61,544 bases of DNA from Candidatus Omnitrophota bacterium. Lineage in GTDB: Bacteria; Omnitrophota; Gorgyraeia; 2-01-FULL-45-10. Numbering within the stretch: the first letter of the stretch is position 1; each line of letters starts with the position of its first letter. The position numbers were made by a program, and so were the translations under genes. The notes beneath the pieces were generated by a model, which was given only the letters and a program-made list of their open reading frames with translations, was not told where the DNA came from and did not search any database. Shown here piece by piece: positions 18,266 to 28,100 of the stretch. The stretch is taken from the NCBI GenBank assembly GCA_003142795.1, contig PLNN01000028.1:1-61544 (forward strand). The letters run 5' to 3'.

Positions 18266-19050
18266 ATTTTTTCCATGCCCTTGTTTTCAAAAAGCACAAA
18301 AAGATAATACGCCAGGCCGAAATAAAAAACGGCCAGGAACATGCTGTATGCATAAGTGAACCAGTCTATGCGGCCCTTGCTCATGAAGACTTCGTGAAAG
18401 GAGATCACGAACGGGGTTAAGGGATTAAGCAAATAAATTAATTCTTTGGCAAGGCGCGGCAGTTTTTCCAATGTATAAAATATAGGAGTAACAAAAAAAA
18501 GCATCCGCATGAGGATGGTCCATATGTGATATATATCGCGGGTAAAGCAATAGGCAAGCGAAATTATCATGCTTATTCCTAAAACAAAGACAATATACGC
18601 GGAGAAAAGCGGCAACGATAATATAAAACCTTTCCATGAAAAAAGACCGTAAAAGATGCTTAAAATATAGCAGATTGCCAGTTCGATCATAAATTTATAA
18701 ATATGGACAAAAGACTCGGACAAAATAAGTATTTCGCGGCGGATGGTAGTATTGAGAACAATGTCCCTGTTATAAAAAAATATCCTGCTGATATAGCCCG
18801 TGGCGGTAATAAAGAAATTCGCGCATACGATCCCAAGCAAAAGGTAAAGCGGATAGGCATAAACTCCGTGACCAAAATTTTGCCGGAATATAAAATACAT
18901 TATTAAAAGGAACACAAGAGGCCCGGCCAGGCTCCATAATATGCCGAAAAAGGTATTCTGGTCGCCCATCTTGAATTTCGACCAGATAAGCTCCCTTAAA
19001 AGGTTGCGATTAGGCCTATCGAAGAGTTTTCTTTTAGCTAATCGGCTCAT
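18262..19050 (-). CDS. ABC-2 type exporter permease (Wzm/TagG-like)
   Basis: About 6 hydrophobic helices, a 4-nt overlap with the ATPase gene, and the size and N-terminal cytoplasmic stretch typical of ABC-2 permeases. Confidence 0.7.
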   Translation of the reverse strand: MSRLAKRKLFDRPNRNLLRELIWSKFKMGDQNTFFGILWSLAGPLVFLLIMYFIFRQNFGHGVYAYPLYLLLGIVCANFFITATGYISRIFFYNRDIVLNTTIRREILILSESFVHIYKFMIELAICYILSIFYGLFSWKGFILSLPLFSAYIVFVLGISMIISLAYCFTRDIYHIWTILMRMLFFVTPIFYTLEKLPRLAKELIYLLNPLTPFVISFHEVFMSKGRIDWFTYAYSMFLAVFYFGLAYYLFVLFENKGMEKI

Positions 19051-19071
19051 TACATTATTCCTAAAAACACG

Positions 19072-19857
19072 TTAGGCCCTGAGCATGGATCGAAGAGATG
19101 CCGGCAATATCTTTAAAAAAGGATGCTTCGCTCCATAAACAAACATTTTTTCAGATTTATAAAAGTCCAGCATCTCATGCTTTCTTTCATTAAAGTGAAC
19201 GACGCTGCTGCCATAGAAATCTATAAAACTGATCTTGTCTGTTTTGCTTCTGGCGATAGAATAGATTACAGCATCTTCGGGACAGCCAGGGACCGACCTG
19301 TTTTTAGCTTTCATTGTTTCGTTATTTACCTTATCAAATACCTCCGCAAAGATATCTTTATTGAAATCGCTTAGTTGCGGAATGAAAGAGCTTTTTAAAA
19401 AATAACAGCCGCCCTGTGTAAAGAAAAAAGGGGCGCACCAGGTCTCCTTGTGGCCCAGCAAATTATCCCCGGACTTTAAAACACTCGCAAATACATCATC
19501 GGAAATGAATAAGACGTCCGAATCTACTTTTGCCACATAGTGTTCGGGATCGATCTCTTCGCTGATATCTTTAAATACCTGCAATTCTACACGGACAGTC
19601 TGTTCGCCGGCCCAGCTAAATTTCTCGCGCTTTCTCACAATCAAATCAGATCTCAGTTTTTTTAAGGACCGCATCTGCATTTCGGTTAAAAAATCTTCCT
19701 TATCAATGTATAGATACACATTCCCTAGGGATGCCGAGCGCAGAGCGGCCAGGCTTTTCAAAGAAAGAAATAAATAATCGAAATGTTTGCGGCATGAAAA
19801 ATAGACAACATGCATCTTATCGCTACCCGATACTTTATTTGAGAATAATCGTTTCAT
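19072..19857 (-). CDS. Hypothetical protein, possibly a GT-A-like transferase
   Basis: The ORF is in an operonic position. VAKVDSDVLF (DxD-like) is the only cue. Confidence 0.35.
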   Translation of the reverse strand: MKRLFSNKVSGSDKMHVVYFSCRKHFDYLFLSLKSLAALRSASLGNVYLYIDKEDFLTEMQMRSLKKLRSDLIVRKREKFSWAGEQTVRVELQVFKDISEEIDPEHYVAKVDSDVLFISDDVFASVLKSGDNLLGHKETWCAPFFFTQGGCYFLKSSFIPQLSDFNKDIFAEVFDKVNNETMKAKNRSVPGCPEDAVIYSIARSKTDKISFIDFYGSSVVHFNERKHEMLDFYKSEKMFVYGAKHPFLKILPASLRSMLRA

Positions 19858-20744
19858 ATTCTATTTGCCCATAACGACGACATGCGATCGTATGATAGCG
19901 CGGCCATGTCCTTCAAACCGTATCTATAGCCTATCTTTTCCAGCAGGATCCGGCGCGCTTCATCGCGAAGGTCCCGTTTTAAAGGGTGGTACATTATATT
20001 CAGATCGCGATCCGCAGCATACGCCACCTCTTCTTTGCCAATGTAAGGACGCCATCTCATGCGCCAGGAAGATTGCGGCGCTCCTTCATGCAAATAGGTC
20101 AGGCGGGGTGCAAATCCCGCATCTTTTAGCAGGTTTGGCACGATCAATTCGTCGAGACACAGGCCTTTTTGCTTCATTGTCAGGTAACCCGGATTATTTT
20201 CGATTATGTTTATGCGGTCTGCGATGAAATTAACCGCTTCTTTGGAATGAACCTGAAACGCACCCAGACATCCCGAGATCCTCGCATCCTTCCTCGAGAG
20301 CCCCAGATCGGATAAGATCCGATGGTAAGACCCTATGTTTTCCGAGAATTTTTTTGCCCACAGCCAATTACATTTGCCGTCATTTTCGTCGACGGAATCC
20401 AAAAAATCGAATTTTCCTGCAAAGATCCCGTCTATGCCGGAATTCGCAAATAGACAATCCGAATCCAGCTTTATAAAATAGTCAAAATTCAAGTTACGTA
20501 TCTCTTCAAGGGCATCGAAAATAAAATTTTGCAACTGATGATATTTGTATTCTCTTTTATTTTTTATTTTTCTTAACCGGTCATAAGAATGGCCTATATC
20601 CTTATCACTTGAGAACAGGACTAACGGGTCGTGGCAAAATTTTTTGATGCTGTAATATAACTGCTTAGTGTAGATGAACTGCTCAGCTACAGGCAATCCA
20701 AATATCAATTTAAGGCTCATATGATCCCAACGCTCCTTAAACAT
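19854..20744 (-). CDS. Hypothetical protein, possibly a GT-A-like transferase
   Basis: The ORF overlaps its neighbour by 4 nt. FIKLDSDCLF (DxD-like) is the only cue. Confidence 0.3.
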   Translation of the reverse strand: MFKERWDHMSLKLIFGLPVAEQFIYTKQLYYSIKKFCHDPLVLFSSDKDIGHSYDRLRKIKNKREYKYHQLQNFIFDALEEIRNLNFDYFIKLDSDCLFANSGIDGIFAGKFDFLDSVDENDGKCNWLWAKKFSENIGSYHRILSDLGLSRKDARISGCLGAFQVHSKEAVNFIADRINIIENNPGYLTMKQKGLCLDELIVPNLLKDAGFAPRLTYLHEGAPQSSWRMRWRPYIGKEEVAYAADRDLNIMYHPLKRDLRDEARRILLEKIGYRYGLKDMAALSYDRMSSLWANRI

Positions 20745-20751
20745 TGTCGTA

Positions 20752-22083
20752 TCAGAAAGGACATTTCATCAGGTCCGTGCTAAAAAAGGTAAAAAGCGAG
20801 CTTAATTTTAATGCCCAGAGCCCCGTTAAAATTATTAGTACTGAAGAAACAAAATAGCCCGATAAAAATAATTTCTCATTCAGCGCCCTTTCCAGCTTTA
20901 CCAGCGCCAGGCCGGAAAGAATGGCTATAGCAGGATATGCAAGAAGCATATACCTGTCCTCTTTGCACCATAAAAAGAGAGATAAAAACAGAAAGATCGC
21001 CGCGAACCAGGATATCAGAAAAAATTTCGCATCCCTGTCCCTCTTCTTAATGAAAAAAGTGAATATCGATACGCAGCCGAGTAAATATAGCGGGAACTGG
21101 AATAGCATGTTCACCAGATATACATACCGCGGCCTCTGACCGATCGATACCAGCCAGGGCGTGATGGTTACCGGTATTTTAGGCGCGCTGAGGACATAAG
21201 TTTTACGAAATGACAACAGCCAGGGGCAACTGATCATGGCCGCCGCAAAAACAATGATGACTACTTTTGGGTCGAAAAGGATACCGAAAAACCGGCTGAT
21301 CTTTTTCAGGCCGGAGCGGTTTATCCAGAGATGATGCAGGATTATCGCCAATATGATAAATCCTCCGGTAAATTTAGTTAAAAAGGCTATCCCGGCGCAG
21401 ATGCCAGATAATAACGCGAACATAATGTTATTACGCCTGACGGATAAAAAATAAAATACGGCTGTCATGACGGTGAAAAAGGTAAGCGTCGTATCCGCCC
21501 ATATCTTACTGGTAACGACCAATTCCACCGGCGTCAAAGAGAGCATCAGCGCCGCATATAAGCCTATCCGCTCGCTGAACAGCATTTTCCCCAAGGTGTA
21601 AGTGAAAAATATCGACAAAATACTAAAGAGAAAAGGCACCAGTGCCGCATAGAATTGTAAATGCCAGTAAGGATTGCCGCTGAAGCTGGACATGAAATAC
21701 TGCCCATTGGAGGAAAAAATCCTGTGAGAAAGCATTAGAAGAAAACTGAAGGCCGGCGGGCGATGCGTGGGTATCCCGTTTTCGTAATTTACACCGGACA
21801 TCGCCAACAAATTCCCGACACTTTTATTACCTATTACTGGGACATTGAAATATCCATTGGAATAAATATCTACAAAATGAAGATTGAAATTTTTAGCGAA
21901 ATCCTTAAAACCGTAACTATCCAGTTTCATGGCCAGGCTTGTATAAGCGGTCTCGTCAAAATTGGTGTGCGTGAGATAGAATATAGGTAGCCTTAAAAAA
22001 GCTGCAAATATCAAAACGAAAAATATCGGTAGAAAGCTGAATTTCAGGTCTTTGCCCTTAAGCATATTATTGGATTTTATCAC
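20752..22083 (-). CDS. GT-C fold membrane glycosyltransferase (ArnT / PMT_2, family 39/83-like)
   Basis: About 11 predicted TM helices. The first periplasmic loop has an acidic FDE motif (THTNFDETAYTSLA) and a basic RRN follows the 'TK' loop, typical of ArnT/PMT-like enzymes. The track uses a GTG start at 22083, and ATG at 22065 is an alternative. Confidence 0.6.
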   Translation of the reverse strand: MIKSNNMLKGKDLKFSFLPIFFVLIFAAFLRLPIFYLTHTNFDETAYTSLAMKLDSYGFKDFAKNFNLHFVDIYSNGYFNVPVIGNKSVGNLLAMSGVNYENGIPTHRPPAFSFLLMLSHRIFSSNGQYFMSSFSGNPYWHLQFYAALVPFLFSILSIFFTYTLGKMLFSERIGLYAALMLSLTPVELVVTSKIWADTTLTFFTVMTAVFYFLSVRRNNIMFALLSGICAGIAFLTKFTGGFIILAIILHHLWINRSGLKKISRFFGILFDPKVVIIVFAAAMISCPWLLSFRKTYVLSAPKIPVTITPWLVSIGQRPRYVYLVNMLFQFPLYLLGCVSIFTFFIKKRDRDAKFFLISWFAAIFLFLSLFLWCKEDRYMLLAYPAIAILSGLALVKLERALNEKLFLSGYFVSSVLIILTGLWALKLSSLFTFFSTDLMKCPF

Positions 22084-22102
22084 GTTTTAAGGGCGGGGTC
22101 AA
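22063..22102 (-). promoter_or_regulatory. Candidate internal promoter TTGACC-N17-TAAAAT for the glycan cluster. It would give a near-leaderless mRNA starting at ATG 22065.
   Basis: The minus strand reads TTGACC at 22102-22097 and TAAAAT at 22079-22074, with ATG 8 nt downstream of the -10 box. No SD precedes either candidate start. Confidence 0.25.
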
Positions 22103-22121
22103 AGGGAAAACTTGACCGTTA

Positions 22122-22158
22122 TAAAAAAAGGCGTTCCTACGTTGATGTAAGAACGCCT
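22122..22158 (-). terminator. Rho-independent terminator of the giant gene
   Basis: The minus-strand RNA forms AGGCGUUC/GAACGCCU (8 bp), one mismatch, then a further 3 bp (UAC/GUA) and a 6-nt loop. UUUUUUUAU follows immediately. The hairpin ends about 30 nt after the stop at 22188. Confidence 0.65.
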
Positions 22159-22187
22159 AATGTAACTATTGTAGTATAATTATATGC

Positions 22188-25100
22188 TTATGCCGACATC
22201 ATCGTTAGAGCAACCTGATGATAATCCGGCGTTCTCCATCTTTCCGTAGGCATGTAAGAAAGATTATGATTAATAAGGAATGCAGCGGCTTCACGCGTCC
22301 TATCTAAGGCATCTTCCAAAGCAGAGGGACTTAGCTTGCCGGCTTCTGCAATATCTATGGCTACTATAGAATTCATATATTGCGTTATGAATGCATCGCT
22401 TACGTCGTTCGAATGCGTCTTCAGAAAGAACTCCAGCACCATATATAGGCTATTACGCTTCTCTATATCCTCTTTGGTGATACGTCTGACGAGCAGCATC
22501 TGAGTATATAGATCGAACCTGCAAAGCTGCCTCTCATTATCATTTAAGTTGGCATCGCTGTTAAAACCTGTGGTATCGACATGCACAAACTTTATGCCGG
22601 GAGCTCCCTTCATAAGATTCCGGATATTTTCTTCTTTCCAGGGTCCTGACAACTGGACAACTACCCGCTTCGGATCAAGGCCATCTACGTTTATATGGCC
22701 CAGGATATTATCAACGCTGGATGTGTTGACCCTCAGGACATCGAATCTATCGGCAAACCCGGCAATCTTTTCTCCTTCAGGCGTTATTCCATTCCTGTCA
22801 TTCTTGAGATCGCCGTCCTTATATAAATTTGCGTTCACTAAAAGTGTGTATCGTGTATTCTCAGGCGTCGGGATCTCCATCCCAGCATTCGTTGCATGAT
22901 TCTGGGCGATCTCGTTTATTTCAGCAAGCGCTTCATTATAATTACTATGAATATCGATCGATGAAATATTTCCTGCAGCCTGGATCGCTGTTTCCGCCGG
23001 ATGAGTCAATTCTCCCACTCTCGTAGATGCCGTTGATTCAAACCCCTCGCCAATTAGTGTCGGTCCCTTCCACTCGCTTCCGCTAAAAATATCATCCGAG
23101 TGTCTTGGTAATTCCGGAGCCGCATACCGATCAGCCCAGAATCTGAACTCTCTTGAGCCTTTACCCGGAGTAAGCGCATATCTTCGTTGGCCGCCCTGCG
23201 AGGACGCATCCAGATATCCGCTTTTTATTAATCCATATAGTTCTTGCCGCGCACTTTCGGCATTTTTAGCAATGCCTCTTGCCGCATAAAGCGCAATATA
23301 ATCGGTTATGGTAATGCTGGCTGCGTCATTACCTTTAAATAATTCAACAACGGCTTCCCATGTCGCGGTTTGTGGATCTTCAAATCTGTGATTTGAGATC
23401 GAAGTATCGGCTACCGAACTGTCGCGACGGTCGGGCTGGGCGGATTTTCCATTGCCAGCCGCACCCCAGTTTGCAGGATACCGGTCTTCGGGATGCACAA
23501 AGCCTCCGACATTACTGCCACCTTCATTAATATTAGATATAGGATTATTCGGCACCGGCGGTACCTTACCTATCGCGCCGAAAGGCTGTTCCGTGACACG
23601 TTTACGATTCCTATCAGGATGTATCTTCGAACTACTGCGAGCCGATCCACCCTGGGCATCGGATTTTTTCGTTACCGCAGGTGCCTGCAATTTCTGATTA
23701 AGGACCGGGCTTGTCTGGCTCCATGACTTATTAACCAGCTCGTCCAGCGCTGCCTTGAGATCGGCTTCCAGCTTCTGTTGGGTGCCCTCCGGCCAGGTAA
23801 CGGTAAAATTATCATAGCCGGTAATTTTAAACTCCTGTTTAGCCTTCTTTTCGATTCTAAGATCGACTGAACCTATCTGACCCGCTCTAAACAAAAGCCG
23901 GCAAGACATTATATCGGCCTTAAGCTTATCCGCATATAACACCACGTCCCTTTGAGTAGAGTCTCCGATAGAGTTGCCGCGCAGAACCAAAGATTGTATC
24001 GGCATCTCTGCCGAATAAGGATCCAGCCTGCCTACGCCCACAACTGTCATCCCTGCTTCTTGCATTAAAGAAGGACTCATAACATCTGCCACAGGAGATT
24101 CAATGCCCTCGGGTCTCTTTTTTGCATTCTTATCTGCGAACCAATCCTGCGGTTTATTGCCATCATTGCTACGTACCGCTAGAGGTTGCGGACCGAATGT
24201 AGGCATGCCAGACCGTTCAGTATTTGCTAAAGCGGTAACTGCCGCTGCCATCTGTTCCCCAGCAGCGACGGCTGGCCTTTCGCCCGTCAGCGGTATTCCG
24301 CTTTGCACGGGTTGCGTCATTGGTTGCGGCGTTTCGGATGCTTGGCTCGCCTCAAGATTACTCAAAACAAGGTCCGGACCATTCTCGTCTTGTTTAATGA
24401 CTATTGAAAAGAATTTCTCGCGCAGCTCTTTTGATTTCACCTGTATATACAAACTATCTGAAGGCAAACTGTTTTTATCCCTTGCTGATCCTACGGGCCT
24501 AATATCCAGCGCGTTAAGCCTGCCGTTTAAAGAATTCACAAAACCCTGATTTTTTTCCGCGACTTGCCACGCCTTGTCGAAAAGCTCTGTTTCTCTTCTC
24601 CCGGCATCATTAGGGGTAATCCGATAAAAGTTGTCGACTTTATGCATCAACTGTCTGGAAGATAAAAACCATAATAATATGTTTACATTTGTATAGAAAT
24701 TTCGTCTATATGGCTCAAGCACCTGCCATGTAATTGTTCCTAACGTATCCTCATGAGCTCTCATAACTAATTGCGAAAGCGCTTCGAACATTCCTTTGCC
24801 TGTCAGCACGTAATATCCGCGCCTGGTCCTATTAATATATCCTTGTTTTATCAACTCTCTTCTGCTGTATATAAGTGCCGTACGGCTTATTTGGCCCATC
24901 TCGGCAACATATTTCTCATGATCGTTAGTCGCGAACCCATTAGGGTTGAAAAATACCTCCGAATGGCGCGCGAATATGTATAACGCGTCATCATCGCTGC
25001 TGCCCGGCTTACGGTCAAATTGTCCGCTCTTCACGTCATGCCGCTGTGATCCCGCGTTTTCATTTTTAATGCTAGGGCTCAATTCAGACGCCCTTAAGTC

Positions 25101-28100
25101 GATCGCCTTATTGATATTTCTAAGTTCGGCTTGAAATTCCAAATCGTTTGATCTGATCCGTTCTTTAAGACCTTCCATTCCGCCGAATCGGTCCAACATA
25201 AAAGCCGCGAATTGTTTCGCCGACTCCTCCCCTTCCGGCGTAAGCTTATACACACCCCGGCTCACGTCTTCCAGATATTTTGCCGCTCTCAGGGGAGTCC
25301 TATCTGCGCGTAACGTCCCTTCTGCTATTTCTTTGCTGTAAATGTCCGCTGCTATGGAAAAATGATCTCTTACCTTAAAACTTTTTCCCTGACAGAATTC
25401 ATCGGGGTATAGACCGAACAGTAACAACGCTCCCGCCGGGCTGCCAAGACCTTTAAGTTGCCCGCCGGGCTGCCTGGAATTTCCTGTCTCTGCGGCCTGC
25501 GGCACTGACTTCTTCTCTTCGGTTCCCTGTTTTGAATAGGTAACTTGACCACCAAGTTGTATCGCTTTTATCTTTGCCTCAAAGGCCTTCAGAGATGCCA
25601 GGTAAGCAGCTTCAAATTGATCGCCGCCTCTCCACGTAAGGAGCTTGGCCAGTTTTTCGAGGTCCATTCTGAAACGGCCATGTATGGGCATCGATTCCTG
25701 TCCGCATATGGGCGAACTTAAATCTCCTGCTTCATTAAGCCCTTGCAATCTTTGGTTATACGCAAGGATCTCTTCTCTTATATTGACACCTGTCTTATCT
25801 TTGGAAGGATGGGTTCCCTGGATATCCAGGATAGCATTTGTATATCTATCGAACAGATCATTGGCGTATCTGATGATACGCTCCGGTGTTAAGCCCTCCG
25901 CATACTCGGTCTTCCTGCCCAGAGGGTCATATTTTGTTATTATACGGTTATCGTCTATGGCATGATCGAGCTGCCTTATGGCACTTTCCTTCTGCTTGTC
26001 TGTAAGGCCTTCAAATCTTTCCTCTATCGCTTTTCTGAGCCCGTCAGGCATGGTATTGACGGTATCCGGCCCGATCAGATTGACAAAATAGAGAAGCGGG
26101 TCTACGTGGCGATCTATATCCGCCTGTTTTACCTGTGTGGACGCCCACAGCGGGATCCTCGATCTTATATTTATATTCGGGATCTGTTTTTTTAAATTTT
26201 CGAATCTTTTTCTTAACATATCCAGCTGCGGAGGTCTGGGCGTTCCGTATGGGAGGCCCTTGCCGAAATAGACGTAATTATTCCACCTGCCCACTATCTT
26301 CGCCTGTGCTACAGCTACCTTGTCCTTTATCTGTTCGAACTTTTTCTTGTCCCCCGCACCCAGCATTCCATTTTCAATAAGCTTTCCGAATATCGTATTT
26401 ACCAATATATCGGTCCTGGAGAGGAAGAAGGAATCGACGCCGAAATAATCATCTATCGGCTTATTATGCCTGACCCTTTGTTCAAGCTTTTCTATCTGTG
26501 CAAACTGGCTTTCCAGCCACTGGTCGAATCCGAACATAAGCGTCATGTTATCCCTTACGACATTTTCAGCCAGGGCATTCTGCCTGACGGCCTCGAAGTT
26601 GGCAGCAGTGGAAGGCGACTTGACCATGACCGCCTTCGGATTTAAAGATGTTATCAGGTTCTGATATGATACGGTATCCTTGACATTATGAATGAGATGA
26701 GGCGGCACTTCATAGCTTGCCGTTCCGAGAGCATGGCCGCCAATGGTAGTCATCGCGCCGATAAGATTAAGATATTCCGTGAACGCGCCCATCGTAACGT
26801 CATCGTATACCTTAGCCGGGTCTGTTATGCCTTGCGAAACCAACTCCTCGATAGCCTGGTCAAATAGACCGCTTTCAGCGCTGGTCTGGAAGATACTCAA
26901 ATTTGTGGTGAGGCCCATCATGCGGCTTGTGGCCCATGCCATAGAGATCTGACGTCGATCCCGCGGATAATTGTCGCGGTAAAAATGCTGCCCCGTAAGA
27001 CTGCTTGGGTCTACCAGATAATAAAGCGGGCTTTTGTAGTTTATATTAACCGTATCGCCTGCTTTAAGCGTGTCATCAACAGGCTCGCCGCCGTTTACAA
27101 GAACGGGTGATTGCCCCTCTACCTTAGCCAATACGGCATCCTGATTCAAGGCAAGGCTAGCCAATGTTTTTCTCAAAGAGGAGTCTACGACCGGCGCTTG
27201 CACCTGCTGGCCATCGGCAACAAAAATAGCTTTCCCTGCCTCTGCGGCCGGCTTTAACTGCGCTGGCTGCTGTTGACCTCTCCTGGCCTTTATCCTGGCT
27301 GCCCATATACGCTCCTCACCGGGCACGACCGATTCGCATTTTGGCTCCGTTTTAGGATTGAACGCCCCGATCGGGCCCGATAGAAGCTGGAAACTTGCGA
27401 TCTTATCGGTGATCCATAGCTTGCCGTCCGGCCAATCGTCAGTGCGAAATTCTGTTGTCAAGCTTCTTCCATCCGGCGCTGTAATGGTAAAAGACGCCCA
27501 GCCTTTTTCGTCCGTTTTGAATCCTGTAAATACCTGTTCGACCGGTGTCTCTATTACCTTTGGTTCTGTGAAATTATATTGTGCCGGGACATCCTCTATT
27601 CTTATCGGGAAATGTTTTGTGTCGTCGTTTATATAGATCTTTGTAGGAGTGCCGCTGCATGTAACGGCCGCGCCGCCTTTTAGGGACCAGGGATGTATAG
27701 AGGCGTGATACGGAAGATCTACCTCACCGTCATTTTTAACACTATGCATCATGGTAAGGTCATCCCCTATCAATACGTAGGTGGTACCTATTTTCGCGGA
27801 AGCTTTTTTCGTGGGTTCGGCGGCACCCTCTTCCCGCTCTTCGTAAATATCCTTGAAAATATTATCCTGTCCCGCGTCAGTAGTAAGTGTAACAAACGCG
27901 CCGCGTTCAAAAGTATAAGGATCTTTGACCAGGCCGTATGAGCTCTCACGATAACGCATTTGGATCCCCTGCAGTGCATTGCCGCCTTCCTTCTGATCAA
28001 ATCTTATGCGATCTCCGCGATATTTATTGAGATCTCTGACCTTGCCATTCACCATGGCCATACCGCCCCTAACCCTGCCGCTGAAAGGACCTATGACCGA

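Noticed and set aside
22096-22117. GGTCAAAGGGAAAACTTGACC, which contains the CtsR half-site GGTCAAA.
   Set aside because: CtsR operators are direct heptad repeats. This is an inverted repeat (GGTCAA/TTGACC) and is nowhere near clpC/mcsAB. It is more simply explained as a small hairpin or the -35 element of the promoter candidate.
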